Below are positions 1 to 8,453 of a DNA stretch of 62,330 bases, in pieces. Below the pieces are notes generated by a model. The model was not told where the DNA came from and did no database searches. It worked only from the letters and a program-made list of their open reading frames with translations. This stretch comes from an uncultured Roseicyclus sp. (lineage in GTDB: Bacteria; Pseudomonadota; Alphaproteobacteria; Rhodobacterales; Rhodobacteraceae): positions 1-62,330 of the forward strand of contig CAZVQL010000001.1 in the NCBI GenBank assembly GCA_964629305.1, in the 5' to 3' direction. The translations under genes were made by a program, and so were the position numbers. Every line of letters begins with the position of its first letter. Positions within the stretch are counted from its first letter, which is position 1.

Positions 1-2
1 GG

Positions 3-425
3 CTGCTCGATGTCGATTTCGCCCTGTTCTGGGCCATCACGATCGCGCTTCTGAATTACATTCCCTACGTCGGCTCCTACCTTGGCGTGGCCTTTCCGGT
101 GATCCTGTCGCTGGGTCAGTTCGCTTCGCTGCAGACGACGCTGATCTTGCTGGCGCTGCTGGTGGCCGCGCAGACTTGGGTCGGCAACGTGCTGGAGCCG
201 CGCTGGATCGGGCGTCAGCTGAACATGAGCCCCTTCGTCGTGCTGGTCGCCCTGTCGGTGTGGGGGGCGCTGTGGGGTATCCCCGGCGCGATCCTCGCCA
301 TCCCGATGACCTCGATCCTGATTATCGTGACTTCGAATTTCGACGCGACGCGCTTTATTGCCGTCCTGCTGTCCGAGCGCGGCACCGCCGAGGCGCGCAG
401 GCCAGTTCAGGAAGATGCGGACTAA
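3..425 (+). CDS. AI-2E family transporter, 5'-truncated by the window edge
   Basis: Frame open from position 3 (LLDVDFALFWAITIALLNYIPYVGSYLG...). Contains LNYIPYVG, GNVLEPRWIGRQLNMSP and WGIPGAILAIP, typical of AI-2E/PerM C-termini. Confidence 0.85.
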   Translation: MLDVDFALFWAITIALLNYIPYVGSYLGVAFPVILSLGQFASLQTTLILLALLVAAQTWVGNVLEPRWIGRQLNMSPFVVLVALSVWGALWGIPGAILAIPMTSILIIVTSNFDATRFIAVLLSERGTAEARRPVQEDAD

Positions 426-500
426 ACCGCCACAAGGCTTGTCTGCGCGATCAAACGCGTGTCACATCCTTGTGAGAGTGCTTCATCGCGGGAGAAACGC

Positions 501-2048
501 ATGCGTTTTCTGAGGGGGCTTCTTAAGCTCGTCATCGTCCTGGCGCTGGCCATCGTGGTGCTGCGCCTGACACACCCGCTTCCCGACCTGCCGCAGGGAG
601 AGGCATCCGCCGCCATCCTCGCAAGCGCAGACACCAGTCTGGGCGCCGCGATCCTGCCGTTGACGGCCGAGCACGAAGGCCTGAGCGGGGTGGTGCCGCT
701 TGCCGATGGTCGCGACGCGCTGGCCGCCCGCATCCTGCTTGCACGCGCGGCGGAAGAGAGCATCGATGTCCAGTATTACATCTGGCAGATGGACACGACC
801 GGCTGGCTGCTGCTGGACGAACTGCGCGCCGCCGCAGAGCGCGGCGTGCGCGTGCGGCTTCTGCTGGACGACAACGGCATCCCGGGCCTCGACAACGTGC
901 TGGCCGATCTCGACGCGATGGAGAATGTCGAGATCCGCATCTTCAACCCCTTCACGATGCGCAGCCCCAAGCTTCTGTCCTATGCCTTCGACTTCTTCCG
1001 GCTGAACCGGCGGATGCACAACAAGTCGATGACGGTCGACGGCATCGCGACCGTCATCGGCGGGCGCAACATCGGTGACATCTACTTCGCCTATGGCGAG
1101 GGCACCGCCTATTTCGATTTCGACGTGCTCGCCGTCGGGCCTGCCGCGGCCGATGTGTCGGAAGACTTCGACACCTACTGGACCAGCGGGTCGAGCTATG
1201 CCGCGGCCGACGTTCTGCCTGCCTCGGACGGCGGGATGGAGGAGATGGCAGCCGCCGTCGCCGAGGCAGAGGACAGCGCACGCGGCTCGGCCTATGCCAC
1301 CGCGGTGGCCGATGCCCCGGTCCTGTCGCGGGTGCTGGCGGGCGAGGACGTGCTGGAATGGACGACCGTCACCCTTGTCAGCGACGATCCGGCCAAGGGT
1401 CTTGGGATGGCCGCCGACGCCGATCTGCTGATCGGGCAATTGCCCGAGCTGATCGGCCGTCCCGCGCGCAGCCTGGACCTGGTGTCGGCCTACCTGATCC
1501 CCGGCGAGATCGGCACGTCGCTGATCGAGGGCTACGTTGCCGACGGGATCCGCACGCGCCTTGTCACGAACTCGCTGGAAGCCACCGACGTGCCGGTCGT
1601 GCACAGCGCCTGGATGGGGTATCGGGATCGGCTGCTGCGCGAGGGGGCCGAGATCCTGGAACTGCGCGCACGCCCCGACAGGCCCGAAGGCGCGTCGTTG
1701 CTACAGCTTCTGACCGGCTCCCAATCGAGCCTTCATGCCAAGACATTCGCCGTCGACGGAGAGCGGATCTTCATCGGCTCGTTCAACTTCGACCCGCGCT
1801 CGGCCGCGTTGAATACCGAGATGGGGTTCCTGATCGACAGCCCGAACATCGCGACGGCCCTGTCACGCGCCCTGGACGCGACGGAGACGTTCTTTGTCCT
1901 CGCGGCCGGACCGAACGGTGCGATCACCTGGACAGAGGCGGTGCCCGGCGGAGAGGCGATCACGTTCGACCGCGAGCCCAATACGTCGGCCTTCCAGCGT
2001 GGCATGGTGACCTTCATGAGCTGGCTGCCGGTCGAGTGGATCCTGTGA
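501..2048 (+). CDS. Phospholipase D family protein, cardiolipin synthase C (ClsC/YmdC)-like
   Basis: Two HKD motifs (RMHNKSMTVD...GGRNIGD and SLHAKTFAVD...GSFNFDPRS), N-terminal membrane anchor, C-terminal LPVEWIL. GGAG precedes ATG 501. Confidence 0.85.
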   Translation: MRFLRGLLKLVIVLALAIVVLRLTHPLPDLPQGEASAAILASADTSLGAAILPLTAEHEGLSGVVPLADGRDALAARILLARAAEESIDVQYYIWQMDTTGWLLLDELRAAAERGVRVRLLLDDNGIPGLDNVLADLDAMENVEIRIFNPFTMRSPKLLSYAFDFFRLNRRMHNKSMTVDGIATVIGGRNIGDIYFAYGEGTAYFDFDVLAVGPAAADVSEDFDTYWTSGSSYAAADVLPASDGGMEEMAAAVAEAEDSARGSAYATAVADAPVLSRVLAGEDVLEWTTVTLVSDDPAKGLGMAADADLLIGQLPELIGRPARSLDLVSAYLIPGEIGTSLIEGYVADGIRTRLVTNSLEATDVPVVHSAWMGYRDRLLREGAEILELRARPDRPEGASLLQLLTGSQSSLHAKTFAVDGERIFIGSFNFDPRSAALNTEMGFLIDSPNIATALSRALDATETFFVLAAGPNGAITWTEAVPGGEAITFDREPNTSAFQRGMVTFMSWLPVEWIL

Positions 2049-2205
2049 TGTGGGCGGTCCGGGGTGCGTTCCTGCACCGCTTGCCGGTTTGACCCCGCAC
2101 AACGCCTTGCCCCCAATCGGCATGTCCTGAACGCGACAGCCCGAACCGCATTGGACATCGCCACGCCATATGCAAAGCTTCCGGAGGCTTTTTTCTGGAG
2201 CGGTC

Positions 2206-3462
2206 ATGGGCGGCGAGCTTTCGGGCGGAAAGAACCGGATATCCCCGGATCAGATGACACGTGGCGGCCCTACATGGCCGGACCTGGAACTGGGCCTGCT
2301 TGCCGTGGTTCTGGGCCTTGCCGCGGGCGCGATTGCCGCCGTGACCTATTGGGCGATGATCCTGCTGCAGGGGATGATCTGGGGGTCGCTGCCCGATAGC
2401 CGTTGGGTCATCCTCCCGGTCATGGTGGCGGGCGGGATGGCGATCGGCCTGACCCGCCTGATGGCGGCCGGTCCCGACCTCGAAGCACAGATCGCACAGG
2501 CCCGCGACCCGCAGGCCCTGCACCGCCGCGAGGCGTTCTGGGTCGCGCTCGGCGCGATCTGCGCCGTGGCCTTTGGCGGCGCGATCGGACCGGAGGCGGG
2601 GATCCTCGCGGTGACGGCGCAGCTTTCGTCGGTCGTTTCGATCCGGCTTGCGCGGAGCGCCGCGGCCCGCCGGACGCTGGCGGAGGCCGGTATTTCCGGC
2701 GCTCTCGCCGGGTTCTACGGGTCGCCCGCGGGCGGGCCGGTCCATGCAGAACCCCGCGATACCGTGCCGAGGCCCGTGTTGTTCGTCGCGGGTCTGGCAG
2801 GGTTCGTCGGGTTCGTCTTGGTGGCCGAAACGCTGATGCAGGGCGCGATCGCGATGATGCGGCTTCCCCGTTTCACCGTGGAAAGCACAGTCTGGGATAC
2901 GGTGACAGCCTGCCTCGCCGCGGGTGCCGGAGCCGCGGTGGGCGCCGTCTTTCTTTATGTTCGGACCCGCGTCTCGGCCGTGGTGGCGACCTCCATTGCG
3001 TCACGGTTCTGGCAACCTGTTGCCGGCGGGGCCGCGGCCGGCCTTGTGTGTACGGCGGCACCGATCCTGCTGTTCTCCGGTCACAACGAGATCGGCGAGA
3101 TGCTTCGGTTGGGCGCAGAGCATGGGCCGGGTCTGCTGATCCTGCTTGGCATCGGCAAGGCGGTGGTCTGTGCGTTTTGCGTGGGCAGCCATTGGCAGGG
3201 CGGCGTGATCTTTCCCATGTGCTTTGCCGGTGGCGCCGCCGGGGCGTCGGTGTTGTTCGTGCTGCCGGGGCTCGATCCGGTCCTCGGGGTCGCCGCGGGC
3301 ATGTCCGCTGCCGCCGCGGTCGGCATGACCCGACCGCTGGTGGCCGGCGCGATCATGTTGTTCACCGTCGGCAGTGGGCTGGCGGTCCCTGTACTGGTGG
3401 GCACCCTGATCGGATGGTACGCGCTGCGTGTCCTGCCGCCGACGATTTCGGAGTCCCATTGA
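2206..3462 (+). CDS. ClC-family chloride/ion channel protein (YfeO-like, no CBS domains)
   Basis: Multi-TM protein with GGAIGPEAG, LLFSGHNEI and WQGGVIFP motifs. GGAG precedes ATG 2206; alternative start 2170. Confidence 0.75.
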   Translation: MGGELSGGKNRISPDQMTRGGPTWPDLELGLLAVVLGLAAGAIAAVTYWAMILLQGMIWGSLPDSRWVILPVMVAGGMAIGLTRLMAAGPDLEAQIAQARDPQALHRREAFWVALGAICAVAFGGAIGPEAGILAVTAQLSSVVSIRLARSAAARRTLAEAGISGALAGFYGSPAGGPVHAEPRDTVPRPVLFVAGLAGFVGFVLVAETLMQGAIAMMRLPRFTVESTVWDTVTACLAAGAGAAVGAVFLYVRTRVSAVVATSIASRFWQPVAGGAAAGLVCTAAPILLFSGHNEIGEMLRLGAEHGPGLLILLGIGKAVVCAFCVGSHWQGGVIFPMCFAGGAAGASVLFVLPGLDPVLGVAAGMSAAAAVGMTRPLVAGAIMLFTVGSGLAVPVLVGTLIGWYALRVLPPTISESH

Positions 3463-3648
3463 CCGACGCTCTGTTCCGCGACCGTCGCACGCGGCCAGGC
3501 TGCCTTTCTCACCACATTTCCGGAAAGGCCGGCCCGAGGCCCGGGCGGCGCCTGCTCGCGCCCACGGAAATCTTCGCTACGCTCTAGCGTCAAGACTGGC
3601 TCGACACAGTGAACACCTGCAGGGTGGAATGGGAAAACGGAGCGCGGG

Positions 3649-3822
3649 CTACTGCGACGGGGGCAGGGCGGCGCAATGCGCCCCGCCCGCGGCCAGCCCC
3701 GACCCCAGCGCCAGCAGGGGCGGGGCATGGAACGGGTTGGGTGTTGCGCTCACCGACAGGTCGAACAGGACCAGCCCGCCAACCATGGCGGCGACGATCA
3801 GCATGGTGGTGCGGCGGGTCAT
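3649..3822 (-). CDS. Small hypothetical membrane-anchored or exported protein (57 aa, single Cys near C-terminus)
   Basis: ATG overlaps the yeeE stop (ATGA at 3822-3819). Sequence MTRRTTMLIVAAMVGGLVLFDLSVSATPNPFHAPPLLALGSGLAAGGAHCAALPPSQ has a basic N-terminus then a hydrophobic helix. It is the tail of the listed 3649..4755 ORF. Confidence 0.6.
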   Translation of the reverse strand: MTRRTTMLIVAAMVGGLVLFDLSVSATPNPFHAPPLLALGSGLAAGGAHCAALPPSQ

Positions 3823-4952
3823 CGGCGCCCCTCCAACCCGAGGGCCGGGCGCAGCCGGATGCCCACCCAGGACCCCGCGAAGGCGCAGAGAAACCAGACC
3901 CAGCCATGCAGGCTTCCTGTGGAGACGCCGCTGAAGAAGGCACCGACGTTGCAGCCGAAGGCGAGCCGCGACGTGTAGCCCAGCAGAAGTCCCGCGACCA
4001 CGACCGCGACCCAGGCCCGCCCCGGCAGCGCGGGGAGCGGTTGCGCGAAGCCCCGGCGCCAGATCGACACAAGGAACGCCCCGCCGATCAACCCCAGGTT
4101 CGTGAGCGATGTCGTGTCGGTCAGAAGCGTCTCTTGCAGCCGTTCGGCATTGCCGGGTGCAGCCCAGAATGCCGAGGCCGAGAGGTCGAGGCCCAAGGCC
4201 CCCGCCCCCTTTGCCGCCCAGAGCCCAAGGCCGTAGACCACGCCCCAGGGCTGGCCCGCCACCACGAGGTTGGCCAGCGCCAGCAGCGCGACGAGGCCCG
4301 CGGCGATCCAAAGGCGGCGCGGGATGCGGCGGCGGTCCGGGGCGGCCACGTAAAGCAGGACAGCCGCGACAACCCCAAGGCCGATCAGCGTCGCGGCGAC
4401 CCCGCCCGTGCCGTCGAAGACGACGACCGGCAATGTCCCGAGGCCCGTCCACCAATCGAGGTGCCAGGCCCCGGCGAAACTGCCGATGGCGAAAAAGGGC
4501 AGGGCGACAACGCCGACGGGATTGCCGCTTCCGGCGTTGATCAGCGTGCCCGATCCGCAGCCGAGAACGACCTGCATCGCGATGCCGAAGACGAAAGCCC
4601 CGCCGATCATGGCGAAACCGACCGGCGCATGCGCCCCGATCAGCTCGGCCCCGTTCGCCGTGATCAGGGGGATGGCCACTATGGCCACCAAAGCGATGGC
4701 GACAAGCTGTGCCAGCACGCCCGCGGGGTCGCGGTTGACGATCATCGCGCGCCACGGCCCGGCAAAGCCGAAGCGCAGCGCCTCGAGCGTGATGCCAAGG
4801 CCAAGGCCGACGAGGAACAGAAGCCCGAAGCGCGCGCCCGTCGCCGCTGCGATCGCGAAGGCCACGACCAGCGTCCCCAAGACAAGGATGCCCGCCTCGA
4901 CCAGCCGGCGCGTGCGGGTCGGAACCGCGATGCCCGTCGCGTCAGAAGGCAT
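3819..4952 (-). CDS. YeeE/YedE family sulfur-compound transporter
   Basis: Polytopic membrane protein with GIAMQVVLGCGSGTL and GYTSRLAFGCNVGAFFSG...GSLHGWVW motifs. Start overlaps the rhodanese stop. Confidence 0.9.
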   Translation of the reverse strand: MPSDATGIAVPTRTRRLVEAGILVLGTLVVAFAIAAATGARFGLLFLVGLGLGITLEALRFGFAGPWRAMIVNRDPAGVLAQLVAIALVAIVAIPLITANGAELIGAHAPVGFAMIGGAFVFGIAMQVVLGCGSGTLINAGSGNPVGVVALPFFAIGSFAGAWHLDWWTGLGTLPVVVFDGTGGVAATLIGLGVVAAVLLYVAAPDRRRIPRRLWIAAGLVALLALANLVVAGQPWGVVYGLGLWAAKGAGALGLDLSASAFWAAPGNAERLQETLLTDTTSLTNLGLIGGAFLVSIWRRGFAQPLPALPGRAWVAVVVAGLLLGYTSRLAFGCNVGAFFSGVSTGSLHGWVWFLCAFAGSWVGIRLRPALGLEGRR

Positions 4953-5901
4953 CGGCGATCTGCTGCCAGACACGGCGGAAGGGCCCGGGGACATTGGCCA
5001 TCTCGTGGCCCGCGTTCGACCAGCCGACCATCGACTCGGGGTAGAGGCGCACGTTCTCGATCCCGGCCAGCTCGCTCAGTGCGAACCAGTTGGTCGCAGC
5101 CCAATGGCCGGTGTTGCAGAACGAGATCAGGGGGGTGTCACCGGTGTAGCCCGCCGTCTCGGCCAGCGCCCGTGCCGAGGCCGCGTCGACGATGGTGGGG
5201 CCGGATCGGAACCAGTTGGAATGGGTGAAGAACTCTGACTGCGGCAGTGTTCCGGGCCGTGCCGCCGCCCCGTGGAACTCGCGCCCGGACCAGAAGGACT
5301 CGGGGCGCGCATCGATCAGCCGGGCCTGCGCCTCGCCCTCGACGACGGCCAGTACATCTGCCTCGGTCGCCATCCAGCGATCCGAGAAGACGGCCCGGAA
5401 ATCGCTTGGCTCGGGCCGTGTCGGTGTTGTGCCGAGCGGGAGGCCCTCGGCGACCCAGGCTTCGATGCCACCGTTCAGGATCGAGAGGTTCCGCAGGCCG
5501 CTGGACTTCAGGGTCCAGTAGACCCGCGCCGCTGCGCCGAAATCGGTCGGAGAGCTGCCCTGGTAGGTGATGACCGTCGGGCGCTCCGCGGTCGCGCCAA
5601 GCGATTGCAGGACGCGCGTCAGTGCGTCTTCGGTGGGCAATTGGCCAGGGTTCTCCTCGGGGCCGCGGAACAGGGCGTAGGGTGCGGTCACCGCGCCCTC
5701 GACATGGCCCGCGCCGTAGCTGCCAGCCACGTTCGGCCCGCCTGTCTCGCGGATGTCCAGGATCAGCGGCGATCCGTCGGCCATGATCCGGCCAAGCTCT
5801 GCCGGGGTCACGAGGGGCGGCAGCGGGCTTTGCGCCTGCCCCGGCGCGGCGAGGCACGTCATTGCGAGGGCAAGGGCGGCCATGCGGCGCAAGAAAGTCA
5901 T
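4942..5901 (-). CDS. Exported two-domain sulfurtransferase (rhodanese)
   Basis: Signal peptide (MTFLRRMAALALAMTCLAAPGQA), GHVEGAV, AARVYWTLK, ILNGGIEAW, LIDARP, active-site loop FCNTGHWAA, RLYPESMVGW. Confidence 0.9.
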   Translation of the reverse strand: MTFLRRMAALALAMTCLAAPGQAQSPLPPLVTPAELGRIMADGSPLILDIRETGGPNVAGSYGAGHVEGAVTAPYALFRGPEENPGQLPTEDALTRVLQSLGATAERPTVITYQGSSPTDFGAAARVYWTLKSSGLRNLSILNGGIEAWVAEGLPLGTTPTRPEPSDFRAVFSDRWMATEADVLAVVEGEAQARLIDARPESFWSGREFHGAAARPGTLPQSEFFTHSNWFRSGPTIVDAASARALAETAGYTGDTPLISFCNTGHWAATNWFALSELAGIENVRLYPESMVGWSNAGHEMANVPGPFRRVWQQIADAF

Positions 5902-6377
5902 TCGCCGGTGGCCCTTGCCGCGATGGCCAAGAAACGCGCGTCGAGTTCGGCCGCGATCTCGGCCAGTTCGGCGCCACCCTCATCAGCGTAGGGGGCGAAG
6001 ACGAAGCTCGGTTCCTTCCAGCTCAGCGTCGCCGTGCCGTCGGCGTCCTCGGTCACGTAGAACCGGATCGGTGCTTCGATCATCGCGGCGGTGCTGAGGG
6101 CAAGGACACGCACGGCGACGTCGTTGTTGAAGACACCGACGACGCGGTTCTCGGGGATCTCGATACCGCGCGCCCGCGCAGCGCCCGTCGGCCCGGCCTG
6201 CGTCACGACGCCCATCCCTTCCTCGGGTACGGCTGCCAGAAGCCGCTCCAGAAGCGTTGCGTGAGCCATTTCGGTTTCGACGATCTGCCAGCCGTCGCGC
6301 TCGCTGATTTCGGCAAGGGCGGGCGGCGCGGTGGTGCCGATCAGAACGGTCAGAGTGACGGCAAGTGCTCGATACAT
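5898..6377 (-). CDS. DUF302 domain-containing exported protein
   Basis: Signal peptide; GVFNN...AMIEAPIRFYVTEDADG..TLSW..PS pattern of DUF302. 4-nt overlap with the rhodanese start. Confidence 0.75.
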   Translation of the reverse strand: MYRALAVTLTVLIGTTAPPALAEISERDGWQIVETEMAHATLLERLLAAVPEEGMGVVTQAGPTGAARARGIEIPENRVVGVFNNDVAVRVLALSTAAMIEAPIRFYVTEDADGTATLSWKEPSFVFAPYADEGGAELAEIAAELDARFLAIAARATGE

Positions 6378-6548
6378 GTCGGAATACCCCCTACGCGAGA
6401 CAGAATGATGCTGTTCGGGCTACCACAGTGCTGCCGTGTTGTACCCAACATGGTCGTGAGATCGCGCGACCGTGATCATGGAGGGACCGCACGACCGCCT
6501 GCATCGTCGCCTCCGCAATCACGAAAGCGCGACCGGCGGGCTTGCGGC

Positions 6549-6574
6549 GTAACGACCATGGTCGTGCAGACGAA
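6549..6574 (+). promoter_or_regulatory. Putative SigF/EcfF-type ECF promoter (GTAAC-N17-CGAA) for the YHS gene
   Basis: GTAAC at 6549-6553, 17-nt spacer, CGAA at 6571-6574; intergenic, 72 nt before ATG 6647. Confidence 0.7.
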
Positions 6575-6646
6575 CCGGCAGGGGACGACCTCGTTCAGGG
6601 GGCGTTCGTCCATGCACATACAAACCCGCAACAGGAGATCTTCCGA

Positions 6647-7174
6647 ATGCTTCGCAAAACGGCCTTCGCGCTCGCCTTCGCCGCCCTGACCGCCACGACC
6701 GGCGTCGCCATCGCCGGTGACCAGTATGTCGATGACACCGGCTTTGCCGTGTCGGGATACGATGTCGTGTCCTATTTCGACCTGCCGCAATCGGCCATCG
6801 GTGAGCCGCAGCAAAGCCCGGCCGCGGGTCTGTCCACGATCACCGCGGAATACAACGGCGCGCAGTTCGCGTTTTCGTCGGAAGAGAACCGCGACCGGTT
6901 CCTGGCCGATCCCGCCCGCTATGCGCCCCAGTATGACGGGCATTGCGCCTATGGTGTCGCGCAGGGCGGCAAGGTTCCGGGCAACCCGACGCTCTGGCGC
7001 ATCGTCGATGATCGTCTTTACCTGAACATCACGCAGAACGTCGTGGGCTTCTGGGAAGCCGACATTCCCGGCAACCTGCAGGCGTCCGAAGCCAACTGGA
7101 CCGGGCTCGAGCCGCAGGCGGCTTCGGACATGGCAATCCCGCAGTTCTCCTCGTCCGCCCCCGTCACGAACTGA
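6647..7174 (+). CDS. YHS domain-containing (seleno)protein family, Cys form, exported
   Basis: AGGAG RBS, signal peptide, AVSGYDVVSYF, FSSEENRDRFLADPARYAPQYDGHCAYGVA, WRIVDDRLYLN. Confidence 0.85.
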   Translation: MLRKTAFALAFAALTATTGVAIAGDQYVDDTGFAVSGYDVVSYFDLPQSAIGEPQQSPAAGLSTITAEYNGAQFAFSSEENRDRFLADPARYAPQYDGHCAYGVAQGGKVPGNPTLWRIVDDRLYLNITQNVVGFWEADIPGNLQASEANWTGLEPQAASDMAIPQFSSSAPVTN

Positions 7175-7178
7175 CGAC

Positions 7179-8453
7179 GTGAGATCACCTTCCGATTCAA
7201 CCGGCTCTGCCGGTCGTTCTGCGCAGGCCCTGTCGGGCCTGCGCATCGTTGATCTGTCGCGTATCCTCGCCGGGCCGACCGCGACGCAGCTGCTGGCCGA
7301 TCTGGGCGCCGAGGTCATCAAGATCGAACGCCCCGGCAAGGGCGATGACACCCGCGGCTGGGGCCCTCCCTTCGTGACCGACGACCAGGGCGCGGAGACG
7401 CGGGAAAGCGCCTATTTCCTGTCGGCCAACCGCGGCAAGCATTCCGTCGCGATCAACATTGCCGATCCGCGTGGGCAGGATATCGTCAAGGCGCTGGTGG
7501 CCCGGGCTGATGTGCTTGTCGAGAATTTCAAGCCCGGCGACCTGGCGCGCTATGGCCTTGATTACGCCACGCTGCAAAAGATCAATCCACGCCTTGTCTA
7601 TTGCTCGATCACCGGCTTCGGCCAGACCGGGCCGAACGCCGACAGGGCGGGCTATGATTTCCTCGTGCAGGGCGAGGGCGGGCTGATGAGCCTGACCGGC
7701 GAGGCCGATGGCCCGCCGCTGAAGGCGGGTGTGGGCATCGCCGATATCCTGTGCGGAATGTACGCGACCGTGGGCATCCTGGCCGCGATACAGTCCCGCC
7801 ATGCGACCGGCCTGGGCCAGCACATCGACATCGCGCTGATGGATGCGCAGGTCGCCATGCTGATCAACCAGGGCGTGGGCTACCTGACCGATGGCCGGGT
7901 GCCGCCGCGGCGCGGCAACGACCATCCGACCATCGTGCCTTACGGAACCTTTCCGGCCCGCGACGGCAGTTTCATCCTTGCCGTCGGCAATGACGCGCAA
8001 TTCGCACGGTTCGTGACGGCGGCGGGCGCGCCGGGGCTGGCTGCGGACGACCGCTTTGCCACCAATGCCGCCCGCGTGCGCAACCGCGAGGTGCTGCTGC
8101 CGCTTCTCGCCGCGCTGACCGCGGGGCGCAGCGCCGCCGAGTGGCTCGCGATCTGCGAGGCCGAAACGGTGCCGGCCGGTCCGGTCAACGATCTGGCGCA
8201 GGTTTTCGAGAGTCCGCAGGTGGCCGCACGCGGCATGCGCATCAGCTTGGCCCATCCGGTCGCGGGCGACGGGGAGGTCGAGCTGATCGGGAACCCGTTG
8301 CACCTGTCGCGCACCCCTGTCACCTATTCCAAGGCGCCCCCGATGCTGGGCGCGGACACCGGCGCGGTCCTGTCGCGCCATCTTGGCCTCAGCCCCGGCG
8401 ATCTTGCGTCGCTCAGGGCCGCGGGCGTGATCGACGGAAACACGGACACATGA
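7179..8453 (+). CDS. CaiB/BaiF class III CoA-transferase
   Basis: DLSRILAGP, DLGAEVIKIE, GDDTRGWGPP, NRGKHS, ENFKPG, GYDFLVQG (catalytic Asp region). Confidence 0.9.
   Translation: MRSPSDSTGSAGRSAQALSGLRIVDLSRILAGPTATQLLADLGAEVIKIERPGKGDDTRGWGPPFVTDDQGAETRESAYFLSANRGKHSVAINIADPRGQDIVKALVARADVLVENFKPGDLARYGLDYATLQKINPRLVYCSITGFGQTGPNADRAGYDFLVQGEGGLMSLTGEADGPPLKAGVGIADILCGMYATVGILAAIQSRHATGLGQHIDIALMDAQVAMLINQGVGYLTDGRVPPRRGNDHPTIVPYGTFPARDGSFILAVGNDAQFARFVTAAGAPGLAADDRFATNAARVRNREVLLPLLAALTAGRSAAEWLAICEAETVPAGPVNDLAQVFESPQVAARGMRISLAHPVAGDGEVELIGNPLHLSRTPVTYSKAPPMLGADTGAVLSRHLGLSPGDLASLRAAGVIDGNTDT

Noticed and set aside
6378-6540. SigF-type promoter for the DUF302-rhodanese-yeeE operon
   Set aside because: A minus-strand CGAA exists (6417-6414) but there is no GTAAC at 16-17 nt spacing.
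6647-7174. Possible selenoproteins (YHS, peroxiredoxin-like, DUF3179, rhodanese)
   Set aside because: All have Cys codons at the motif positions; no in-frame TGA seen inside them.
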